Shown here one piece after another: positions 28,501 through 41,700 of a DNA stretch of 64,000 nucleotides. The position numbers and the translations under genes are program-made. Positions within the stretch are counted from its first letter, which is position 1; every line of letters begins with the position of its first letter. This DNA is from Octopus vulgaris (taxonomy: Eukaryota): contig OX597815.1 in NCBI GenBank assembly GCA_951406725.2, positions 123,380,001 to 123,444,000 of the forward strand, written 5' to 3'. The notes below the pieces were generated by a model that searched no databases, was not told where the DNA came from, and was given only the letters and a program-made list of their open reading frames with translations.

Positions 28501-31500
28501 AGAGAGTGAAAGGGAGAGAGAGTGAAAGGGAGAGAGAGTGAAAGGGAGAGAGAGTGAAAGGGAGAGAGTGAAGGAGAGAGAGTGAAGGAGAGAGAGTGAA
28601 GGAGAGAGAGTGAAGGAGAGAGAGTGAAGGAGAGTGAAAGAAGGAGAGTGAAAGAAGGAGAGGAAGAAAGAGAGAGAGAGAGAGCGTGTGTGTGTGTGTG
28701 CATGCCTGTGCATTTGAAATTTACAATTAATTGGCAGTAGGCTAGAACTCACATTGTGGTTGTTTTACCAGCTCCGTTGTGGCCTAAGAAAGAAGTGATC
28801 TGTCCTTCATATAAATTCAATGTTAAATTCTTCACAGCAACTTTCTTGCCAGTTTTATAAACCTAGAAATAAATCAAATCATATAGTATTAGACTTCACA
28901 AAATTTTTTATTCTTTCTTTCCAAAATTTGCTTTACTATGCAAGTTAAAAATGAATTAATATTTCAGTTCATCTTCTCTCATGATACTCACTGAAACAAC
29001 ATTCTAACTTTTTGTTTGTCATTTAGTTACTTAACAGTTATATTACTCTCTTTACTCTTTACTTGTTTCAGTCATTTGACTGTGGCCATGCTGGAGCACC
29101 GCCTTTAGTCAAACAAATCGACCCCAGGACTTATTCTTTGTAAGCCTTGTACTTATTCTATCAGTCTCTTTTACCAAACTGCTAACTTAGGGGGACATAA
29201 ACACACCAGCATCGATTGTCAAGCGATGTTGGGGGGGCACAAACATATACACACACATGTATGTATGTATGTATGTATGTATGTATGTATATATATATAT
29301 ATATATATATATAGATAACAGGAAGGTTTACGAAAATAAACAAAAGACGAAGGCAGGTGGAGTACAAACAAGCAAATGTAATAGTATGGCGCTCAGGAAT
29401 AGAAATAGAACAAGTCTTTTACGTCTCGAGCCTACGCTCTTCGACAGAAAGATACACAGAAAAGAAACAAGGAGAGAAACAAGGAGAGAAAAAAATGCGT
29501 GTAGGAGCTAACGGTCCAGGCTTCTTTCAGTTTCCGTCTACCAAATCCACTCACAAGGCTTTAATAGAAGACACCTGCCCAAGGTGCCACACAGTGGGAC
29601 AGAACCCGGAACCATGTGGTTTGTAAGCAAGCTACTTACCACACAGCCACTCTTATGCTTATTATATAGGTAAGTATGTGAATATGTATAATTTTTTTGC
29701 CTGCTATTATACCAAATGAAGAGTATTACATACTGACAAAAGTAGTATGTAATACAAACAGATCTATGAGATATCTACGATTGGAGGTGTTCCAGCAATG
29801 ACCACCTCAAATTTTTTCGGGATAGAGTTATCTAGGACCACATAACGTATCCTTTTCCATTATATAAAATAGGACATTACTTGAGAGAGTTGTTGATTGA
29901 GATCATACTGAGGCTTTTTTATTGGTTAGCATAGGAATGAAGTTTCAAAGGATGGTGGTCCTTAGGATGAAAGGTTGCATATAGTTGAATGGCAAAAGGC
30001 AAAAAGGCTTCAAATAAGAGTAATGCAAAACCAAAAGTCATTGTAGAGGCATTAAAGACAGTAAAAAAAAAAAAAAAATACAACAATGGGCAGAGAATTC
30101 AAACATTAAAGATTGAGGGGTGTATACACATAAAGAGTGGGGAGTTTTCTGAACTAATTTTGTGTCTGTGTGAAAGAGAGGCAGAGATGGGATTTCAGTA
30201 GGAAATTGACAGATTATCTTAAAAGTATAAAGAAATTCATAAAGTGATTGATAATGTAGTTATAATTTCATTTACAATTATCTAGAATTCAATGACTAAT
30301 ATGAGAAACACACACACACACATACATATAATATTATACATGATAAATCTGCATTTTCTAGTACATGAAGAAATCTGAAGATAAACGGTTTATATTCAAA
30401 CACCTTACTTAAAATAATGAAAACAATGACATTTCAATCACATCTACATCTAAAAAGATTTTCTCTATAACCAAATCATGTCTTTGAATTTATACTCAAA
30501 ACAACTAAAACTTTTATATATAAATGTAATCACAAAAGTCTGAGAGAATTATTTTGTTAATTATTGGTACATGATTATAGATGTCTAAATTGATTTTTAA
30601 AATTAAGTTGACAATAAAATGTTGCAGTCATTATACCTTTGTTAAGTTGTCAATGCATACACCAAGGGGTAAATGTTTAGGTTCTGGTTCAAAATTCTGG
30701 AAGTATTCTGAAAAAGGGTATCAACATGCAAAGTAAGAAAAATAATTTTTGAAAATATTTCACAAAAGAAATTAAAACAGCACTCATTCCAAGTGATATT
30801 TTTGTGGTCATTGCAATCATGCTTAGTCAAAATGATAAGTACTCAAAAATAACCATCCTTGGAGAGAACAGGTAATAATCAAACAGGTAATTGAATTACA
30901 AGGAAACACACACAAAAGAAGAAAAATGTACATCATTGTAAAATAAACTTCCATGTGAGAAAAGTTAGCAGGATAAACAAAGAAACGATTATGACAAATT
31001 AGAGGAATTAAGTGAATTTTGTGAAAACTCAAAGAAAATTCACAAAGATGCTTAAAAGTAAATGAATCTGTCTAGTTAATAGGAATGCTGAACTCTAATT
31101 ACTAAATGAAAATTCAAGAGTTGAAATAAGATTTGTACTGCAATACTAATTAATTTGCTGCTTTAAAGTGACATTAAGCATATAATGTCTAAGTCATTTA
31201 TAAAATTTGTATGAATTAATAAGACTAGTTTTCAATACATTACTGTCTAATGGTGTTACAGTTTTATTTATAACTAGCAGTATCGCCCGGCGTTGCTCGG
31301 GTTTGTAAGGGAAATAACTATATAAGCATTTTTAGAGAGTTACTTCCCTTATAAATTCGGGCTTTCTTAGCCATTTTTGTTTTGGTGTCTTCAAGCCATG
31401 AAGTCGTTGTTCTAAAAGAATGCTGGTCTCCTTCACAACGCATTACGACGTTGATTTCTTTATACTCCCTTCCCCACAGCTTCACGAGGGAAGGAAGGGG

Positions 31501-34500
31501 GAGAAGCAAACAGGTGCAGGTGTGACCATGGACGCCAACTCCGCCGCCATCGACATACGATGCATTTTATGCATTAAAATGGAATAAAAAATGATGTTAA
31601 ATTATTTTTAAAATCGTAGACTCATCGTTGACGCGCGCTAATAGTCAGACGGGCTCGATATGAATCACGACTATAAGATACCCGAATTTGGTTAAACTGC
31701 ACCGCAAAATGTGGGAGGAGTTAGGAATCTAAATCGAAGGGGACAGACACTCACACAACTAGAGTTTTATATATATAGATTTCCTACCAGGTATAAGTAT
31801 AAACTCTTAAATCTGTAATTCTAACATAAGTTTTTATCCACAATAAATAGAAGAAATGGAATATATGTAATTAGATGAAGCATAAGCACTAATATACAAT
31901 AAATTAACATTTAAATGATTATAAAAGGTATAATGCAAGTTAAAATATTGCAGCAATATATCTGATTCTATTACATGGAATTCTGTTACATGGATTAGAT
32001 TTCCAGGCAGAAACTGCATCTTACCAGACTGTCTTTGCTCCATAGCACATGCTTGGTCCTCTTCTGTTACAGACAGACTGATATGGCTCCGTTTAAATAA
32101 ATTAGTAAACCATGTACATTGATTTGATTCCGGCTTTCCAGTTGTACCACACCAGTAAGACTGAGTGAAGGGGAAACACCATGGCTTGGGTAAACCAAAA
32201 GAACCTTTTAAATAAATGAATAAATATAAAGTGATATTACAGCAAATCAAAATCGTCAGTGAAGGTAAAAGTAATGAAATATTGAAAATGATTTGAGCAA
32301 AATTATACAATTAATTCTTGAAAAACAAGTAAAAATGCAATTCATTTGCCTAAATAAATATGTTAAACTATTGAACTTTAGCAAGGTTTACAATAGTTAT
32401 GTTTGCAAAAATAAGAGCCTCTGTAGTATTTAAAGCAAGTCAGTTTCAGATAAATTACATACCTGGATGGACATTCTCAATATACCATACTAACAATCCA
32501 TATAATAAAGAATCTACTAGCATCATCATAGTAACAAGGGCCAAATTGTAGTCATCATTCTCAACAGGAGATATAGAAATGTTATCCCAATGGACACCAA
32601 CCCCCTCTTCTTCATAGAAAGCAAAATATTTGGCACCAAGTCCAAATGCTGTCGTTGAGAATAGGGACTGAAAAAAAAAAAGAAAAAAGAAAATTACACT
32701 GTTGAAAAGAAACAAAACAAAACATGCAAAACTAAATGCAATTTATTCATAAATTTCAGTATTGGAAGTAGAAAAAAAAGATTTGGTGACTTAATTTTGA
32801 TGTACAACAATATATTAATCTAATCAAAAGTTATCTAACATATATCTTAAAATTAACATTAGGTCTACTTTGAATATCATTATCATTTTATGTTCACTTT
32901 CTTTACAGGAAAAGGTTGGACAGTTAGACAGAAACTAATGGATCAGTGGACACCATCTTGTTCCAATGTTTCAGTTTTGGCATGGTTTCTATGGTTGTTG
33001 CCCTTCCTAATGCCATCCATTTTACAAAGTGTATTTTTATTCATGGCACCAGCACAAGGTAACCTTACCAATGCTAGTGCCATGAATAAAACCCCTTAGT
33101 ACAATCTATTAAGTGGTTGGCAATAGGAAGGGTATCAACCATAGAAACTATGCCAAAACTGAGACATTGGAGCAAAATAGCATTCACTGCCCCATTGGTT
33201 CCTGTCAAACTGTCCAACCCATACCTGTAAAGGTAGTGTAATGATGTTCAGTCATTCAATGTCTATTAGACCTTACTCTAATGCTCAGACTTTGCTTCTT
33301 TAATAAGGCCTATGACAGAGTTGTTACCATACAGTTAAAAATGACTCCCAATAGCATAACATTTGTAGTTTTATTTCATAGATTGTTTCCTCTACCTTTG
33401 TTGACTAGAGATACTAATTAAGACAAGAATGTTGTTCCCTCATCACTATGAGTGTATCCTTAGAATTTTTTGGTTCATTACCTTTTGTACATTAGTGTAA
33501 ACCTGACTATTCACTTTCATATAGGTTAATTAAGTGATATAAATTTGATTTTATAGCCAAGATTTTTAAATCCTTAATCAACTTAAGCATTCAACTACTG
33601 ATTGAACCAGTAAAACTGTTTCATCACTTTATTTCATTAAACTGAAAACAAGATGTATCATATAAAGATTGAACCTGTTGCTACAGTGAGATAACTTACA
33701 CTAACTATTTTCATATAAATTTCATTTATTCATTGTGAAGGGCAGTGGATTGCAGAATCAGTTGTACACAAAACAAAACCCCTAATGGCAATTGTTTATA
33801 GCTCTTCATATTCTGAGTTCAAATCTTGCTGGGTTGATTTTTAATTTTATCCACACTAAAACACTACACATGATCTATGCCCATTCAAATTTTCTGAATT
33901 TATGTCATTGTTAGAAATTATTATTCACAAAAAGAACTACAAATTATTAAAAAAACAAACAAAAAAAAAACATACAAAAAGCTCAGAAATTGTCATGGAA
34001 ATCTACAAATCAAAGTGGAAACTATCTGTTCAATCTATAGTTTTAGCTTTCAGAAATATGTCATGAAGTAAGTTTTATTTTACCTTTGATTATAACATTT
34101 CAATATTTTTTTTAGCCAAATTACCTAGATTTTTGAAAACTGATCTGATAATTAACATCAGCTTTTGAGTTGTTATTTGTAAATGAATTTAAATCCTACT
34201 GGGTTGATTTTAATTCCTATTACTCCCATGAACTTCAAATTTTCTGGCCTTATGCCAATGTTAGAAATTACTATTTATAGAGAGTTAGAAATTCTTAGGA
34301 AAAAAAGGGAAGTTAACGGCCCAACTATTATTGTAAAAAAAAAAAAACAGCAACAAAAAAACAAGGTTTCAAATTGCTATACCATTTGCTACTGAAATAG
34401 TAAAAAAGATACTTACAGCAATTGATTTGGTTATTGCCAGTACTTTATCCCCTGCAGCTTCTTCTTTGATAGCAATGTACATGTAAGGTACATATGTGAG

Positions 34501-37500
34501 GAAATAAACAATACCTGCACAGGCTGCTGCTAGCTTGGCTTTTGAGTACAGAACACTCACCAGGAAACTGAAAATTAGCCATGCAAATACTAATATTTAA
34601 TTTGGAAATATCAATTACCTTTTTTTTTTTGAGAAAAAAAAAAAAAAATCAATCATATATTAAATGTTATGAAAACATATACTGTCAAAATTAGATGGAG
34701 TTATCATCATCATTGTTTAACGTCCACATGGGTTGGACAGTTTGATTGAGGACTGGCAAGCCAGAAGGCTGTACTAGGCTCCAATCGGATCTAGCAAGGT
34801 TTCTACAGCTGGATGCCCTTCCTAACACCAACCACTCTGAGAGTAGTGGGCGCTTTTTACATGTCACTAGCACAAGGGCCAGTCAGGTGGTACTGGCATC
34901 GACCACACCTGAATGGTTTTTTTTATGTGCCACTGGCATGGAAGACACTTTTTCACACAGCTGTCCTCATCCATACGCAACACATGACCATACCAGTGCA
35001 GTCGTCTCTCTTGCACACCACATCTGCTGCTTCTTAGGCCCAACTTTTCTCTCAGAGCACTTACACTGTCGTGTATGCACACTGACATTAAACATTCAGC
35101 GGAACATACTAGCTTCATTTCTTCCAAGCTTATGCATGTCCTCGGCAGTCACAGCCCATGTTTCACTGCCATGTAGCATGGCTGTTCACACAAATGCCTC
35201 ATACAGTCTACCTTTTACTCTGAGTGAGAGGCCCTTTGTAACCAGCAGAGGTAGGAGCTCTCTGAACTTTGTCCGGGCTATTCTTATTCTAGCAGCTACA
35301 CTCTCAGAGAATCCAACCCTGATACTGACTTGGTCACCTAGGTAACAGAAGCTATAAAATACTACTAGTTTTTTCCACTGGCATGTGATGGAAGCTGTTT
35401 TCTGCACATTTTCAGTGTTTATTGCCTTGGAGCATTTGCCACACAAAAACTATCTTCCCAGTTAGCCTTCCTTTGATATTGCTGCACCTCTTTATGGGTC
35501 CATAGTTTACACCAAGTACATCTTATGGAATTTCTACCTACACCTTTTTCACAGATCACGTAGGGATTTGTGATTTGTTTGCCTTCAACTAAACTTTAGG
35601 GATTTGTACCCAGATATAAACAACCTGTCTTTATACCTCTGTGATAACAAAGAAAGGTCTTAACCCGACTAGTTTCAATCCAGCAACTGGGTACCTTCTT
35701 TAACTTCACAGAGATACTGTTTATAAATCCACTATTTCTAAGGGATTAAGAATACATCAATTTTCACATATTTTCAAATAGGTTAAAAATGGACAGATAT
35801 ATTCTGTATAACAATAAAGCATTGAAACAAAACACTTAACATACCAAACTTGCCACCAATGTCATTCCAGTTTAACTGAGCCCTAGATAATAGTGGGATT
35901 TTTTACACAGTACCTCCAAAGAAAGTTAAAGAGAGTACATAGCTGTTGATGAAGTCCCAACATGTGATCCCTATTTTTCAGATCATAAAGATATACATAT
36001 AATACAAATGTTTACATCTGTCTGTTTCATACAGTATTGTATGTAAAATTTATGGATATACTATGTAGTACAATATAGAAATGGAACAAAATACTAAAGT
36101 CATTGGTAATTCATTCACAATAAGACAAACTTATAGCTAACATATTTTGAAGTATTTATGCATTTTGTCCAACACTTTCTAAAATAAAGGATATGTTAAC
36201 ACATTTTATCATTCTACTATGCTAGTATAACATTTTCTGAGTTCAATGTTTAAATAACAGTTAAAAATAAATAAAAGAAAAAAACTATATACTTACGAAA
36301 AGCAAATTGTGGCAAGAGCAAAAACTTCAAGAACAGTGAATATAACCCAAGGATCACTGTGAGTTAGAACTTTTCCATATTTCAACATGGCTGTTAAAAT
36401 AGCCATAGTGATGGTCATTTGAATAAAAGTAGTGGTGAACCAAGCACACCAATGGACAGCATTATTTAAACCCATCATTTTCATAACCTATTCAGAAATT
36501 TTAAATCAATGTTATTGACATTTAAAAGTAAATCAAATTAAGCTGTTATTTTTTTTTATACCTATTTGTGGAAATAAAACTGAAATGTCTGATAAATAAA
36601 ACTATAACTTTAGTAAGAATTTTCCTTAAAAGTCATCATCATCGTTTAACGTCCATTTGCCATGCTAGCATGGGTTGGACGGTTCAAATGGGGTCTGTGA
36701 AGCCAGGAGGCTGCACAGTCTGATCTGGCAGTGTTTCTACAGCTGGATGCCCTTCCTAACGCCAACCACTCAGTGAGTGTAGTGGGTGCTTTTTACATGC
36801 CACCAGCACAAGGGCCAGAGGAGGTTGGCAGTGGCCATAATCGGTTGGTGCTTTTTACGTGCCACTGGCAAGGAAGCCAGTAAAGGCAGTGTTGGCATCG
36901 GTCACGTTTGGATGGTGATTTTTACGTGTCACCAGCACGAGTATCACAACTACAATTTCCATTTGATTTTCATTTTGATGTATTTGACTCAATAGGTCTC
37001 CTCAAGCACAGCAGCTCGCCCTATGATCCAAGGTACTTTTGAATGGGCTTGGGCTGGTTATGTGAAACTGGTGTAGGATACAGCCGTGAACTTATTTATT
37101 TGCCAGGTCTTCACAGTCACAGCATATCTCCAGAGGTCTCTGTCTTTCGTCATTGCCTCTGTGAGGCCCAACATTCGAAGGCCATGCTTGACCACCTCAT
37201 CCCATGTCTTCCTGGGTCTACCGCTACTCCAGATTCCTTCAACTGTTTGGGAGTGGAACTTCTTCACAATCTCTCCTCATCCATCCATACTACATGACCA
37301 TACCAACGCAAATGTCTCTCTTGCGCACCACATCCTATGCTTCTTATGCCCAACATTTCTCTCAGGGTGCTTACACTCCGTCGTGAGTGCACACCGACAC
37401 TACACATCCAGTGGATCATGCTAGCTTCCTTTCTCGAGCCTACGCATGTCCTCCACAGTCATGGCCCATGTTTCACTACCGTGAAGCATGGCAGTTTGCA

Positions 37501-38690
37501 CACAAGCATCGTACAATCTACCTTTCACTCTGAACGAAAGGCCCTTTGTCACCAGTAAGGGTAGAAGCTTTCTAAACTTTGCCCAGGCTATTCTTATTCT
37601 AGTGGTAACACTCTCTGAGCATCCAACCCCACTACTAACTTGGTCACCCAGGTAGTGAAAGCTATCAACTACTTGTAGTTTCTCCTCCGGGAGTGTGATG
37701 GAATCTGTTTTCTGAGCATATGTGGTGTTTATTGCCCTTGTGCATCTGCCGAGTATGAAAACTATCTTCTCGGTTAATCTTCCTTTGATGTTGCTGCACT
37801 TCTTATGTGTCCATAGCTTACACTGGGTACATCTTATGGAGTTTCCACTTACACCTTTTCTACACATTGAGCAGGGTCACCTACCTGAGAAGTATATTTT
37901 TCATACTAAATTCCATAATTTGGGAATTTAAAACTATTTCTGTATTTTCAAAGTTATAATACTATTCTACAATATTATAGCACACTCTGTAAAGTGGTTG
38001 TTATTAGGAAGGTCATCCAGCCAAATCTGGAGTTTGGTGCAGCCCCCCTGCCCCTCCCCAGCTTGCCAGCTCTGTTCAAACTATTCAACCCATGCCAGCA
38101 TGAACAATGGACATTAAATAATGACAATATAGAAGAATCGCTAACTTCCCATGTAGATAAATTAATGCAAGTTGAGTAATTTGGATGAAGCAAAGTGTGA
38201 ACATATGACAAGTAGAAATAAGTATGATTTTGATGCACCAATCAATAAAACTTAGCTAAGTCAATAATATCTATTGACTATTATTTATATGCTTCACTAA
38301 AACCTTATTTCATTACTCCATTTTATATGCAAATTCATGTATTATTTGTTGCTCTTCTATGCAACAATATCATAAATGTTTAACATACACTATTCAACCA
38401 ATATTCAGAGTATCCCAGCAGAGCTATTTTAAACCTAGCCATATTATATGTGTGTGTGTGTGTGTGTGTATGTACCCAAATACTATGAGTACATATCTGG
38501 AGGAACTCAATATATGTAGCAGGATACTTTTTTATAATAAAACACCCAAGCAGACACAGACTGCACTGAGTGATGCAACATAATTAGATGCAAAATATCC
38601 TACTCATAAGGAAGAGCAGCAGGATGGGTCAAAATGATTGCAGCATTGAATAAAGATTTGTAGCAAATCCTAATTCTGCTTCCCTCATCA

Positions 38691-38730
<40 letters not shown>

Positions 38731-41700
38731 CTTCTCTGTAATTATTTTCATTTTCACATTATTTGGTTTTACTTTTATTAAAGCTAATAAGTTAGCAGAA
38801 ACTGTAACACACTGAGATAACTACTTGATAGGATTTATTATTATTTTTTTTACCATTTAGTCAGAGAAAAAAGAACAGCATTCAAGACTTTTTACTTTCT
38901 CTCTCCCCATTCCAGAGCCTTCAAATCAGGTTGGAGAAAGGGAGGAAGATATCCTCTAAGCAGAGGATTGTACTAAATACTTGTAACATAGTAAACTCCA
39001 CCAATAACACCCAAGAACCGGGTGTTGGTAGTGGTGGTGATGGTATTAAATTGGGTGATGGATTAAGGCAAACTCTTACTCTACCTCTTAGAAACTTAGA
39101 ATGCTAAAACTCAGAACAAATATTGCAAGGCATCTCCTATACAGTGGACTGGTATTTTATTATCAACCCTGAAAGGATGTTAAATTTGATCTCAGTGAGC
39201 TGGAACTACTGCCACAAGTCATTTGTTTTATGCTCTAACAATCATCTTAATTTGCTGTCTAAATCTTGTTCCTTTATATTCTGAGTTTATGTACTGGCCA
39301 GTATTGGGATTTGCCTTTCATCTCTGGAGGATTAAAATCAATACCAGTAATACACTAGTATCAATTTGTGTTACTGTACCCCTTCAATAAAATATTTGTG
39401 GCTTTGTGCCAATGTCAAAAATCATAAGTAAAACTTACTTCTTTTAGTCTTTGTTCCTTTTCATAAACAATACTTTGAACCAACATAGCCACAGTATAGA
39501 CCCATGAAATAGTCAAACATAATGGCATCACATGTTCAATCATGAAAACAAATCTGAAATTAGAAAAAAGAGTGGTTTCCTCATATACATCTCTAAACAA
39601 GCACATTAGCTGAAATCGAAGAAATAACCTTAAAGCAAAGAACATTGAAAATTCAAACTTCATTCAGAAAATATTTCTAAAGATTCAGTTACAAGTAAAT
39701 TTTTTAACATTTTCAAAAGATATTTAAATTTTAAGATATTTCGGGTATAATGAAGATAATTCGAGAAAAATAGATATATAAATGTAAAATTAGTATTTAC
39801 TTCAGACTCCTTTTCTATGAGTTATAAAGGTCTTTAAGTAAGGTCTAATTGGACATCATAATTCTTTTTTAATCAGATATTGATTAAAAATGGAAGTAAA
39901 AGACAGCAAGGAATTTTTTGTTTGGTTTTTCAAAGAGATTTCTTTATATTCTTCCAGAGTCATTTTACATTAATATAGTGTGTAATCAAAGTATAAAGAC
40001 TTTTAAATTCTGCATCCTATAATAACATTACTGAAAAGTACTACTGAATCAAGAGAAACAAAGATATTTACAGAATGCATCTGACATCATTAATTTCTAC
40101 ATAGCCATTCTTGTTTGCAGAGATGGTTACCATTACTAAATAACAGGAAAGATTATTCAATCTACATCTTTTAATTCTCCAAATCTAACAATTAAAAGGA
40201 ACAATTAAATTAAGGTATCTTACACATTTAGCTTATTAAATCATGAGAAACTGTAAATTAATATTGTATGATGTAGAACAATCTGGTTTGTATGCAGATA
40301 TTAAAAAAAACAGGAGAAACTGTGATTAACTTACTGATCATAAACATAACAAGGATAAGGGAACTGATGAATGTAGGCACCTGGTTCAACAACATCATGG
40401 CCCACCTGCGTGTCAATGATGGCTCTTTCAATAATATCCTGGCAAAAAACAAAAAATACTTATTTTCAAATGGAAAAACAAATAGAATACATATATCTCT
40501 AAAACTTCACTGAGAAGATTTTATAAACTGATTTGTGATAATTTAAGGAAAATATAACCTCATAGGAATTTATAATTAAAGAAACTATATATGAAAAAAA
40601 AAGTAATCCAGTTGCTCTTAAGTATTTAACAAAAAGTTAAGTTAATGAAGCACTGCAATTAAAAAGCTAAATTTCATGACACATTTTAAAACTGAATAGA
40701 TATTAATTTATTTTGATATATCTATTAGCCTTTGAGTTATATAAAACAAATTATAATAAATTGAATTTATAACAGAATTTTGAAGAGATCTGAGTCAACT
40801 TCTTTAAAGAGAGATGAAACCAAAAGTAAAATTTTTGAAGAAACAATCATAAGTGTTTTGGATACCATTGTATCAAAACTTACCTGAAATACAACCATTC
40901 TATAAATCCCAACTTTAGTACAAAGAATAAAGCAATCACAATGAAACATCATGTCAACTAACAGATGCAATATGGTGACCAAACTGATCAGAATTCATTT
41001 AAACTAAAAGTCGTGACAAGTGAAGAACATGGGCTCAGTGACCTAATGTTAATCAAATCTGGTCAATGCAAAATGGATAATTTCCATATTTTTTTTTATT
41101 AATTCTCAAGTTGTTTTCATTTCTTCACAACATATGTAATTTAAATTGGAATTAGTAAAATTCCTAAGTTGTTTCCCCTCTTCCACGGGCTGATTTTATT
41201 AGCATTAGCCATTTCCCTCTCCTCACAGGAAAGTAATTGTGATTAATTTTATTTCCATTTTTTCCACCATTATGTTGCATGTGGGTGGGTGGTGGGGTGC
41301 ACCTAGATAATTTCACTCAATCATAAAAATTAACAAACTTACCTGAATCCACACAAATCCAAATTGGTAATAAGATTGCTTTGTAGGGCCAGGTCCTGGA
41401 TACCAATATCGACTTCGGACTAATTTGGTTGTGGGAGTAAACGAAGCATTTTGTCGGATTTTATATCTTATGTGAGGAGGGAGGCTTCCATCAGGATGAA
41501 TGTTTTCAAATAACACACCTTAAAAGAAAAGTATATTTTTTTTTTAAATGATTTTTCCACTTTTACACTCGACAAGTTAATAAAAATTATTAAAGAGACA
41601 TTTGGTGCTTGTATATTGTCTAAGAAAAGCTCTTATAAATTTACCCTAATACTTATGCAGATGTCAGTAATTTAAATGCAAATCCATTAAAAATACTTTT

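Noticed and set aside
28303-28752. Long S/L/F-rich ORFs (also 43704-44406, 7200-7761, 6230-6468)
   Set aside because: Translations of simple repeats.
29560-29655. tRNA gene
   Set aside because: A/B boxes are present but no cloverleaf is evident; it is a multi-copy SINE head.
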